From NCBI GenBank assembly GCA_020053375.1, contig JAGVNG010000005.1, positions 1-50,841 of the forward strand: DNA of 50,841 nucleotides, read 5' to 3'. The position numbers were made by a program, and so were the translations under genes. Source of the stretch: Nanobdellota archaeon (lineage in GTDB: Archaea > Nanobdellota > Nanobdellia > Pacearchaeales > GW2011-AR1). The notes beneath the pieces were generated by a model, which saw only the letters and a program-made list of their open reading frames with translations, ran no database searches and was not told the origin of the DNA. The stretch's first letter is position 1. The number at the start of each line of letters is the position of its first letter. Of this stretch, positions 6,736-15,800 are shown in pieces.

Positions 6736-7395
6736 TTACGTATCCCTCAAAGCAATTATAGTAGATAGGGAGGCTATCTGCTTGAGATTCTTCGATATAT
6801 TCAATTGAATATTCTTATTATTAAGCTTGGTTTTCTCGACGGGAATACCCTTCTTTATGAGTTTGCGAACATAATCCCTTATTGAGCTTTCGGTGAGATT
6901 TAGCTTATCTGCGAGAATTCGATAATCTGTTTGATCCGACTGTTCGTCAAGCTGGTATATCGTTGAAAACACTAACCATTCCTGTTCTGTGAGCTTTTTG
7001 AACTTTTTACGCACTTCCCTCTTTATATTATCAAGGGATTTGAGCATTTCAGCTGCATCTTTTATGCTGTTTTCAGAGGCTATTTCTATTGACTTGTCTG
7101 TCTGTTGGTTTGTCTGTCTGTCTGTTGGAACCCCCCTATTTCCAGTGGAAAATGGCTGTTTTGAAGCTATTTCAGGGTTATTATAAAGGGAATGTGTTGG
7201 AATTATGTGTTGGATTGTGGGGTTTTGAAGGGGGTGTGTTGGAATCTCTTTTATCTCGCTTTTGTTGTCTTTTTTGGCTATTTGTTCAATAATTTGACAT
7301 AACTCTATCAGGCTTTTCTTCATTTCCTCAATTTCTGCCCGTAGGGTGTCCATATCGTTCTTTACCCTGTCAAATGCTTCTTTTATTTGATCCAT
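6736..7395 (-). CDS. Coiled-coil / repeat-linker / C-terminal winged-helix (HTH) DNA-binding protein. It has the same architecture as 5968..6585.
   Basis: The N-terminus MDQIKEAFDRVKNDMDTLRAEIEEMKKSLIEL is followed by an IPTH/QT-rich linker encoded by short tandem DNA repeats (7095..7128, 7191..7246). The C-terminal LTEQEWLVFSTIYQL...DYRILADKLNLTESSIRDYVRKLIKKG is an HTH. Confidence 0.6.
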   Translation of the reverse strand: MDQIKEAFDRVKNDMDTLRAEIEEMKKSLIELCQIIEQIAKKDNKSEIKEIPTHPLQNPTIQHIIPTHSLYNNPEIASKQPFSTGNRGVPTDRQTNQQTDKSIEIASENSIKDAAEMLKSLDNIKREVRKKFKKLTEQEWLVFSTIYQLDEQSDQTDYRILADKLNLTESSIRDYVRKLIKKGIPVEKTKLNNKNIQLNISKNLKQIASLSTIIALRDT

Positions 7396-7484
7396 CTTAT
7401 TCTCTTTCTAGCCCTCTTTGATTGTATAAAAAGATTATTGTTATTTTGTCTTATTATGCTTTTGCTAAGTCTTTTTCAAAAAGA

Positions 7485-7751
7485 TTATTGTTTAGCCTTA
7501 TATATCCTATATGCCTGGTCTGAAAGCGCCCATCTAGATCTTTTTGAATATGCCTTCCCTTTCTGGTTCTTCTTTATTTCAACCACCAAACCTTTCTTCT
7601 CCAAACCATGGAGAAGACTCTTGACAATTTCATCATCCCTCACAATTTCGTCGGCAACATGAGAAGTAAACATTGCCTTTGGGCTTGCAGAATACAGAAA
7701 TGCCAGAATTTGCTCAGATATCTTTTCCTTCTTTTTATCAGAAAGTTTCAT
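7485..7751 (-). CDS. Small winged-helix DNA-binding protein (88 aa)
   Basis: EQILAFLYSASPKAMFTSHVADEIVRDDEIVKSLLHGLEKKGLVVEIKK is a typical wHTH (helix-turn-helix plus a beta wing). Confidence 0.55.
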   Translation of the reverse strand: MKLSDKKKEKISEQILAFLYSASPKAMFTSHVADEIVRDDEIVKSLLHGLEKKGLVVEIKKNQKGKAYSKRSRWALSDQAYRIYKAKQ

Positions 7752-7786
7752 GAAAGAGATAAAGAATATCTTTATTTAAAATTTTG

Positions 7787-8212
7787 TTATTTCTTGCCAG
7801 AATCGTCGTTCTTTTTTAAAAAAGGCAATTGAATATGAAGGGGCAAACCCATCTCTTCTTCAAGCCGCAAGGATTTCAAGCCTGTCTTTTGGAGGATTAT
7901 ATTAAAGAGGGGCATTTTAAACTCTTCGGTCATTGCTTTCTTATCTTTCCACTGTTTCAAAACATCCTTTGCTAACTTAGAATCAATGGAAATGAGGATG
8001 GTTCCTTCCAAATTAATTACGGCTATTCCCGGAGCATATTCTATCTTATACTTAAATTTTACAGCCAAAAACCCCTCTTGCGACTTAAATATCTCTTGAT
8101 TAACTCTCTCTATATCCGAAATATCCACTTGGCTATTTATCTTGAGATCTCTCATGGCATCCTTCAATTTCTCCACGTTAATTTTGGTATAATTAAAACC
8201 TAATAATTTCAT
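7787..8212 (-). CDS. Hypothetical protein, tentatively SecB-like chaperone fold
   Basis: LGFNYTKINVEK compares with FQIQRIYTKDISFE of E. coli SecB. A central beta-rich segment follows. The C-terminal PLFNIILQKTGLKSLRLEEEMGLPLHIQLPFL compares with PNILFPYARE...FPQLNLAPVNF. This pattern match was made from memory only. Confidence 0.5.
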   Translation of the reverse strand: MKLLGFNYTKINVEKLKDAMRDLKINSQVDISDIERVNQEIFKSQEGFLAVKFKYKIEYAPGIAVINLEGTILISIDSKLAKDVLKQWKDKKAMTEEFKMPLFNIILQKTGLKSLRLEEEMGLPLHIQLPFLKKNDDSGKK

Positions 8213-8281
8213 TCTATTCTAATCTAAAGAGTATTTTTAAAGCTTTTTATAAAAAAGCATCTGGAATAAAAGCTGTGAGCG

Positions 8282-8542
8282 TTATATGAGATCTTCCTCA
8301 GATACTATTACAAAGTCCCCTATTGCTATGATGGCGCTGTAAGGGATAAGGAGCTCGCTGGTGTTTGTTCTTTCAAGGTTTAGATTCTTTGTGTAGGGGG
8401 TGGAATCCTTTACGACCACGTTTATCAATTCCCCTGATTTGGTCTCAAAGAGAATATCTCTGACAAAACCTAATCTCTTCCCCTCCTTCGTGACAATCAT
8501 CTTTCCCAACAGAGAACTGAAAGGATTTTTACTTGCTTGCAT
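8282..8542 (-). CDS. PRC-barrel domain protein (CdpB-like small PRC protein)
   Basis: LLGKMIVTKEGKRLGFVRDILFETKSGELINVVV ... IPYSAIIAIGDFVIV is the PRC-barrel signature. Confidence 0.75.
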   Translation of the reverse strand: MQASKNPFSSLLGKMIVTKEGKRLGFVRDILFETKSGELINVVVKDSTPYTKNLNLERTNTSELLIPYSAIIAIGDFVIVSEEDLI

Positions 8543-8589
8543 CCTTTTCTGAAATGTGAATAATTTATAAAGTTTTCTGTAAAATCAAA

Positions 8590-9022
8590 TAGATGTGGCA
8601 GTATATAAGAAAAATCAAACTACTCCCCCACCCCCTTGTTTCTCATAGAAAGATTTAAAAAGAAATTTTTGGTTTTTTATTATTATTATTTATTTTATAA
8701 AAATTTATATTATATATTATATATGTTAATCAAAAAATGATGATTATTGGGATTAAACTTAGCAATTTTAATATTCTTCAAAATTCATTTTCATTAAAAA
8801 GCCAGCTTTTTCATCTAATTTAAAAATTTAAAGATTTCCATCCGAAATTGAGGTGTTTTTCTTTTTTAGTAGTCATAAGTGTTTATATAACAAATTAAGT
8901 TTTCTCCGTAGGTTTCTGGAGTGGATAAAAATTTTCCACTGGAAACGAGACTGTGAGACTATCATATGTTTTGCAGAATATAAACGTTTAAATAAAAAAC
9001 AGATTAAAAAATTTATTATAAA
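8590..9022. other. Candidate chromosomal replication origin (oriC) upstream of orc1/cdc6
   Basis: This is a 430-nt non-coding region. It contains an almost pure A/T stretch (about 8670..8730, TTATTATTATTATTTATTTTATAAAAATTTATATTATATATTATATATG), a C-rich element (CTCCCCCACCCCC, 8624..8636) and ORB-like dyads next to the initiator gene. Confidence 0.7.
8934..8946. promoter_or_regulatory. ORB / mini-ORB-like origin recognition box
   Basis: TTCCACTGGAAAC (continuing GAGA) matches the archaeal mini-ORB core TTCCAGTGGAAAC at 12 of 13 positions. An imperfect inverted copy, GTTTCTGGAGTGGA, lies at 8912..8925. A degenerate copy, TTTCCATCCGAAATTGAGG, lies at about 8835..8853. Confidence 0.6.
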
Positions 9023-10237
9023 ATGATACATAAAGAAGTAGAGGGGATTTTCGATTCTTTTGACAACAATACGATTTTCAGGGATAAATCAATGCTTCAA
9101 TCAAATTACAAACCGGAACAGATACCTCATCGGGAAGATCAAATAAAACAGATAGCTTCCATACTTGCTCCTGTTTTGAGAGGAGAAAAACCAAGCAATT
9201 TATTCTTATACGGGAAAACTGGGACAGGAAAAACCCTTTCAATAAATTATGTGGGGGAGGAATTGCAGAAAAGGCATCTAAAAGACAGTTCTGTTAAATT
9301 GAGGATAGAATATCTCAATTGCAAGCTAAGGAAGGTATCTGATACAGAATATAGGATATTAGCCGAACTCATAAAAAAATTGGGGGGTGAAGTTCCTCAA
9401 ACGGGGCTGCCAACACAGGCAGTTTATTCAAAGTTCATAGAATTGATTGACTCTGAGAAACAGATGGTAGTTCTCATTCTTGATGAAATAGACCAAGCAG
9501 TAAAGAAAATTTCAAGTGATTTTTTGTATAATTTGACAAGACTTAACTCAGAACTTTCAAATACCCAATTGTGCATTGTTGGAATAAGCAATAATCTTAC
9601 ATTTCTCGATGAATTAGATCCAAGAGTGAGAAGCTCGTTATCAGAAGAGGAAATAGTTTTTCCCCCTTATAATGCGCTTCAGCTTCAAGACATATTATCC
9701 AAGAGGGCCGAAAAGAGCTTCAAGGAGAACATTGTAGGAGAAGGAGTGATACAGAAATGCGCCGCCTTTGCTGCCAGGGAGCATGGAGACGCGAGAAGAG
9801 CCCTTGACTTGCTGAGAATAGCCGGGGAGTTATGCGAGAGGGATCGTTCCAAAAAAATCCTGCTTAAGCATATTGATGAAGCAAATAACAAAATTGAAAG
9901 GGATAAGATACTTGATGTCATAAGCTCAGAACCAAAACAATTTCAGATGGTTCTTCATTCAATAATACAACTTTCTGAAAAGAATAAGGACAAACCGATT
10001 TTTACAGGAGATGTGTATAATTTATACCAGGAAATTTGCGAAAAAACAAAGACAGAAGTATTAACTCAGAGGCGGGTAAGCGATATTGTCCAAGAATTTG
10101 ATATGCTTGGAATAATAAATGTCAGGGTTATTTCCAAGGGAAGGGGAGGAAGAATGAGGGAGATAAAACTTGCAATTGCAAATAATATTATAAAAAAAGC
10201 AAAGGAAATAGTAAAAGAATCGCTAGGATATGGCTGA
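9023..10237 (+). CDS. cdc6: Orc1/Cdc6 replication initiator (AAA+ with a C-terminal winged helix)
   Basis: Walker A is LYGKTGTGKT and Walker B is VLILDEID. Sensor and winged-helix regions are present. The N-terminus has the typical L.pnY.Pe.ipHRe.qi pattern. Confidence 0.95.
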   Translation: MIHKEVEGIFDSFDNNTIFRDKSMLQSNYKPEQIPHREDQIKQIASILAPVLRGEKPSNLFLYGKTGTGKTLSINYVGEELQKRHLKDSSVKLRIEYLNCKLRKVSDTEYRILAELIKKLGGEVPQTGLPTQAVYSKFIELIDSEKQMVVLILDEIDQAVKKISSDFLYNLTRLNSELSNTQLCIVGISNNLTFLDELDPRVRSSLSEEEIVFPPYNALQLQDILSKRAEKSFKENIVGEGVIQKCAAFAAREHGDARRALDLLRIAGELCERDRSKKILLKHIDEANNKIERDKILDVISSEPKQFQMVLHSIIQLSEKNKDKPIFTGDVYNLYQEICEKTKTEVLTQRRVSDIVQEFDMLGIINVRVISKGRGGRMREIKLAIANNIIKKAKEIVKESLGYG

Positions 10238-11801
10238 AATGGACCCAAAACAAATTTTAAAATTCTGCATCGAAAGAGGATTGCTTGTAGACAAGGACGT
10301 CCTTAATCTTTTTAGCGAAAGCAATAATTTGGAGTCTGTGAAACTGATAATTGAAAGAATAAAAAATCAGACACATGAAAAGATAATAACAAAAGAACTC
10401 TTCAATAAAAATATAGAGAAGGTGACACAGGTTTTTTCGACTCTTCCTGAAGAAGAGCAGAAGAATCTGGAAAGCCTAAAGATAAAATTAGGATTGAGCA
10501 TTGAGATTTCAAAAGAGGTTATTTCTCCAATAAAAGGAAGGGAGTCGCTCGTATTTGCTGATGAAGGTAAAATAAAAATAGTATCTACAAGCCCTTCCAG
10601 AAACCAGAAGATAGGGGTGGAGGATTTTGTTAAGCATTTCAGGAATAGATTTTCTGAACTAAAGAATATCCTGCAGGAAAGGCCTGAGCTCAGGAATCTT
10701 ATCTCCATAAATAAGATATCTGGAAATCGCCAAGGGATATCTATAATAGGGATGGTCATGGATAAAAGGGTGACCAAAAATAAAAATATAATCCTGGATG
10801 TTGAAGACTTGACCGGCAGGATGAAAGTTCTAATAAATTATAACAAGAAGGAGATATATGATAAAGCAGAGGAGATATGCATGGATGCGGTAATTGGATT
10901 TACTGGTTCAGGAAACAATGAGATTCTCTTTGTAAATGATATGGTATTTCCTGATGTGGCATTGGCTGGAAGAAAAAATGCTAATGTGGAAGAATATGCT
11001 GTCTTTTTAGGTGACCTTCATTTTGGAAGTAAGAAGTTCTTTACTGAAAACTTTGAAAAATTTATAGAGTATTTAAATGGAAATGTTCCAAACACCCCCG
11101 AAGCCCTAAAAATAAAATACCTTCTTATTGTTGGTGATTTGGTTACAGGCGTAGGTGTTTATCCCAACCAGGAAAAAGATCTCGCAATAAATGACCTTGA
11201 AGAGCAAAACATAAGGATGGCCGAGCTTCTTAAAAAAATAAGGAAAGATATTCAGATAGTTGTATGTCCCGGAAATCATGAAGGTGTTCGTCTCATGGAA
11301 CCTCAGCCATTATTTGACGAAAAATATGCTTGGCCCTTATACGAAATGGAAAATCTTACCCTCACCGAAAATCCAAGCATGGTAAATATAGGAGCAAGAA
11401 GAGATTTTCCTGGATTTAATGTTTTGATGTATCATGGGATGTCCTATCCTTTCTATGCAAGCAGCATCCCGCGATTGCTCAAAGGAAGGGCAATGAATGC
11501 TCCTGACGAGATAATGAAATACCTCTTGAAAAACAGGCACCTTGCGCCCACCCATAATTCTGTTCAGTCTTTTCCCCACGAAAAAGACGCGCATCTAATA
11601 AGAGCAGCGCCCGACATCTTTTTTTCAGGACACACTCACAAAAGCGCTGTTTCCTATTACAATAATATCCTTCTAATTTCCTGTTCATCATGGGAAGGCA
11701 AGACTCCTTATCAGGAAAAATTCGGAAACGAACCAGATCATTGCAAGGTTCCCTTGTTGAATCTGAAGACGAGAGCAATTAAAATTCTTGATTTTGAATA
11801 A
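10230..11801 (+). CDS. polB: DNA polymerase II (PolD) small subunit DP1
   Basis: The Mre11-like phosphoesterase motifs GDLHFGS, VGDLVTG, GNHE and GHTH are present, together with an OB-fold region. It overlaps the orc1 stop by 8 nt. Confidence 0.9.
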   Translation: MAEMDPKQILKFCIERGLLVDKDVLNLFSESNNLESVKLIIERIKNQTHEKIITKELFNKNIEKVTQVFSTLPEEEQKNLESLKIKLGLSIEISKEVISPIKGRESLVFADEGKIKIVSTSPSRNQKIGVEDFVKHFRNRFSELKNILQERPELRNLISINKISGNRQGISIIGMVMDKRVTKNKNIILDVEDLTGRMKVLINYNKKEIYDKAEEICMDAVIGFTGSGNNEILFVNDMVFPDVALAGRKNANVEEYAVFLGDLHFGSKKFFTENFEKFIEYLNGNVPNTPEALKIKYLLIVGDLVTGVGVYPNQEKDLAINDLEEQNIRMAELLKKIRKDIQIVVCPGNHEGVRLMEPQPLFDEKYAWPLYEMENLTLTENPSMVNIGARRDFPGFNVLMYHGMSYPFYASSIPRLLKGRAMNAPDEIMKYLLKNRHLAPTHNSVQSFPHEKDAHLIRAAPDIFFSGHTHKSAVSYYNNILLISCSSWEGKTPYQEKFGNEPDHCKVPLLNLKTRAIKILDFE

Positions 11802-11803
11802 GA

Positions 11804-12403
11804 ATGGAACAAAAAAGAAAAATAGCCGTAGATGTTGATGAGGTTTTGTTAGATTTTATTCCCGCATTAGATAGTTTTTATAATAGAAAATTTGGAACAA
11901 ATCTCTCCCGAGAGGATTATATCTATTATGATTTAGAGAAAGTATGGGGCATTAAAAGACAAGAGGCAGTTGAGATAATAAATAATTTTTATAGAAGTCA
12001 GGAATTCAAGCAGATTTTGCCTTTAGAAGGGGCGCAGAAGGCAGTTAAGATATTATCAGAAAATAATGAATTTAGCGCAGTAACTTCAAGGCCCCATTTT
12101 ATTGAAAGGGATACAAAAAATTGCTTGAATAGACATTTTGAAAATGCTTTTAGCGCAGTATTTCTTAACGGGCAATATGGAATTAATTCTTCTGGATTAG
12201 ATAAATCAGACTATTGCTTGAAAAATGGAATTTTTATAATTTTAGAGGATAATTTAGACATCGCCCAGAAATGCGCTGAAAAAGATATTACAACATTTTT
12301 ATTTGACAAGCCATGGAACAGGAAGACATCCCTTTCAAAAAAGATAATAAGAGTTGGAGAAAAAAGAAATCATTGGGAGGAGGTTTTGGAACATTTAGGA
12401 TAA
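11804..12403 (+). CDS. HAD-superfamily 5'(3')-deoxyribonucleotidase (NT5C-like)
   Basis: IAVDVDEVLLDF is the DxDxV nucleophile motif in the NT5C-family context (DMDGVLxDF). The gene starts 2 nt after the DP1 stop. Confidence 0.7.
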   Translation: MEQKRKIAVDVDEVLLDFIPALDSFYNRKFGTNLSREDYIYYDLEKVWGIKRQEAVEIINNFYRSQEFKQILPLEGAQKAVKILSENNEFSAVTSRPHFIERDTKNCLNRHFENAFSAVFLNGQYGINSSGLDKSDYCLKNGIFIILEDNLDIAQKCAEKDITTFLFDKPWNRKTSLSKKIIRVGEKRNHWEEVLEHLG

Positions 12404-12404
12404 A

Positions 12405-12890
12405 ATGGAAAATAAAGCACATTTAATATCTGTCACTGGAATAATAATCAAAGAGGGAAAATATCTGATTACTCGCAGGAGTTTAAATAAAAAAAGCTTT
12501 CCAGGGAAGTGGACAGTACCGGGAGGAGGTCTTGAATTAGAGGATTACATCAACCTTCCTAAAGACACAGCTCACCATTGGTATAATATTTTTGAAAAGA
12601 TTGTAAGAAGAGAAATAAGGGAAGAAGTTGGATTAGAAGTTAAAAATATAAAATACCTGACAAGTATGACACTAATTAGACCCGATGGATTTCCTGGTCT
12701 GATTGTCAGCCTTTATGCTGATTATTCTGAAGGAGAAGTAAAATTAGATGAGGAATCTATGAATTTTAAATGGGTTAGTTTGGAGGAAGCCAAGGAATAT
12801 GATTTAATAGACGGCATTTATGACGAATTGGTAATGTTGGATAATCTTCTGAAAGGTGAAAATCAAGAGGAGTGGAAGAAGATAAAATGA
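12405..12890 (+). CDS. Nudix hydrolase
   Basis: The Nudix box GGGLELEDY...REIREEVGLEV (Gx5Ex7REUxEExGU) is present. The gene starts 1 nt after the preceding stop. Confidence 0.85.
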   Translation: MENKAHLISVTGIIIKEGKYLITRRSLNKKSFPGKWTVPGGGLELEDYINLPKDTAHHWYNIFEKIVRREIREEVGLEVKNIKYLTSMTLIRPDGFPGLIVSLYADYSEGEVKLDEESMNFKWVSLEEAKEYDLIDGIYDELVMLDNLLKGENQEEWKKIK

Positions 12891-15800
12891 ACATCCAGCA
12901 ATATTTCAAAGACATAGAAAACGGGACAAAGGCAGTCTATGCAATAGCCGAGAAGGCAAGAGAAAAAGGACTGGATCCCGTCGATAAGGTTGAGATACCT
13001 CTTGCAATGACAATGGCTGAAAAAGTAGTTGCCCTGGTTTCCACGATATACCCTCAAATGGAAGGCACGGGAATTGACAAGAGAATAATTGAACTGGAAA
13101 GAGAGCATGGAAAGCTGGATGTCGCCGTTGTTTTCAAGATAGCCGAGGAAATTGCAAAACAGAAATTTTGCAGATTTGACAGCTTGCTTCACGCAATCGA
13201 TGCCGGAATAAGAATAGGCTTTGCATATAATACCCTAGGGGTTGTTTCGTCCCCCATAGAAGGATTCACAGAACTTAAACTGGCAAAGACAGCCAAGGGA
13301 GAAGATTATTTTGTCGCGTATTTTTCAGGGCCAATAAGAAGCGCAGGCACCACTGCCGCCAGTGTTGTATTAATTTTAATAGATTACCTCAGAGAAATGT
13401 TTGGCTACGCAAGATATGATCCCCGAGAAGAAGAAGTGAAGAGAACTGCCACAGAACTTTTGGATTATCATGAAAGAATAACCAACCTCCAATATATGCC
13501 TACGGAAGAAGAAATATTATTCATTGCAAGAAACCTTCCATTTCAGGTTAATGGAGAAGCCTCTGAAACACTAGAAGTTTCAAATTATAAAAATCTTGAC
13601 AGGATAGAAACAAATTATGTAAGAGGGGGGATGTGCCTTATTCTTGGGGAAGGCTTGGCGCAAAAAGCAAAAAAAGCATTTAGATTGCTAAAGAGCCTAA
13701 AGGCGAGAGGATTCAAATCATCCGGATTTGATTTTCTTGAAGAATATATAAAGCTTCATGAAAAAAGGGAAATTGGAAAAGCGGACGAATCTCCAACTTA
13801 CATAAAAGATCTGGTTGCAGGCAGGCCCATCTTCGGACATCCTTCGAGGTCAGGAGGATTTAGGTTTAGATACGGGAGGGGAAGGACCTCCGGATTCAGC
13901 GCATTTTCTTTGCATCCAGCGACGATGGCAATAACAGACGATTTTATTGCAATAGGAACACAGCTGAAAATTGAGAAGCCAACAAAAGGAGGAGTAGCAA
14001 CGAGCTGCGATACAATAGAGGGGCCAATAGTAAAACTTTTTAATGGAAGCGTAAAAAAAATAAGGAATAAAGCAGAAGCAAAAAAACTTTATTCTGACAC
14101 TGAAGAGATAATTTATTTGGGAGATATTCTGTTTCCATTCAGCGATGTGGCAAACAGAAATTTTGCCTTAATTAAGCCAGGGTATGTAGAAGAATGGTGG
14201 AGTTTGGAATTAAGGGAAAAAGACCCAGAACTTGAAAAAGAAATTGATAAATTTAATGTTGGCATTGAGCAGGCAATTGATTTGAGCCAAAAACTTTCAA
14301 TTCCTCTCCATCCAAAGCATATCTTTTACTGGACAGAAATATCCATTGATGAATTTTTTGGATTGATAGACTGGATAAGATATTCAAGGGTTGCTGGAAA
14401 ACTTATTCTTCCATACAGGAAAAATGACCAGGATAAATTCAAGCTTGGAAAACGGGCGCTAGAACTTTTGGGAATAGAGCATGATGTAACAATAGAAGAT
14501 GTTGTACTATCAAAGGAAAACAGCAAGGCATTATTTGCTAATCTTGGAATAGACCTTCGGCTTCTTGAAAAGGAAGAACAATTGTCAAATGATATTATAG
14601 ATGCGGCAAAGCTTGACAGAGAAAAATCTGTTTTGGAGATAGTCAATCTTATGTCCAGATTTATTATAAAAGACAAAGCAGGAGATTTCATTGGTGCAAG
14701 AATGGGAAGGCCCGAAAAGGCAAAACTGAGAAAACTTGTCGGAAGCCCGAATGTTTTGTTTCCCATCGGAACAGAAGGGGGGAGACTGAGAAGCGTTCAG
14801 GCCGCATGCGAAGTTGGAACAGTGAGAAGCAGCTTTCCGATGAAATTCTGCGAGAAATGCAACAAGGAAACAATTTATCCTGCATGCGAGGATTGCGGAG
14901 ATAAAGCAAGGAAAATGTATTATTGCTACATGTGCAAAACCAAATCTTTCTTTAAATGCAATGAGCATCCTCTAAAAAGCCAGCCATACTCAACCAGTTC
15001 GCTCGAGATAAACAATTATTTTGAAAAAGCGCTAAAGAAATCAGGACTGACAAGAGAAGAAGCCCCTCTTTTGGTTAAGGGGGTGAGAGGGATGTCTTCT
15101 TTGTCAAAAGCAACCGAGAATCTAACAAAGGGAATTCTGAGAGCAAAGCATAACTTACAGGTGAATAAGGATGGAACAATAAGGTTTGATGTGACAGAGC
15201 TTCCTCTTATTTGCTTTAAGCCAAAAGAAATTTCAACAAGCATTGAAAAACTGAGAGAATTGGGATACACCAAGGACATTGATGGAAATGAGCTGATAAA
15301 TGACGAGCAGATTCTTGAATTAATGCCCCATGATATCCTATTGCCGAGCGCACAGGCTCCGCATGATGAAAAAGCGGATGATGTTTTTGTAAACATTGCC
15401 AATTTTATTGACGATCTTCTAGTCAATTTTTACGGACTTGACAGAATATACAATGTTAAAAAAAGAGAGGACCTGGTCGGACACATGGGAGTATGCATGG
15501 CCCCCCACAATTGCGCAGGGGTAATATGCAGGATAATAGGATTTGCAAATGTCCTGGGATTGTTTGCAAGTCCTTACATGCACGCAGCCATAAGAAGAGA
15601 CTGCGACGGAGATGAAGCTGCGATAATGTTGCTGGGAGATGTTTTGTTGAATTTTTCAAGAGAGTTCCTGCCAAGCCACAGGGGGGGCACGCAGGATGCT
15701 CCGTTGGTTTTGAACGCCAAGATAGATGCAGGAGAGGTTGACGAACAGATTTTAGATTTTGAGTTTGTAAGAGAATATCCCCTGGCGCTTTATCAGATGG

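Noticed and set aside
8737-8743. ATGATGA in the origin region as a possible C box of a C/D-box sRNA.
   Set aside because: No CTGA D box or terminal stem occurs at the expected distance of 50-70 nt.
14326-15426. Several 73-146-aa ORFs antisense to the PolD DP2 gene, with similar ones antisense to DP1, Hef, the pilus ATPase, the Cys-rich protein and the Hjc-like gene.
   Set aside because: All lie inside strongly supported conserved genes and lack motifs. I treat them as shadow ORFs.
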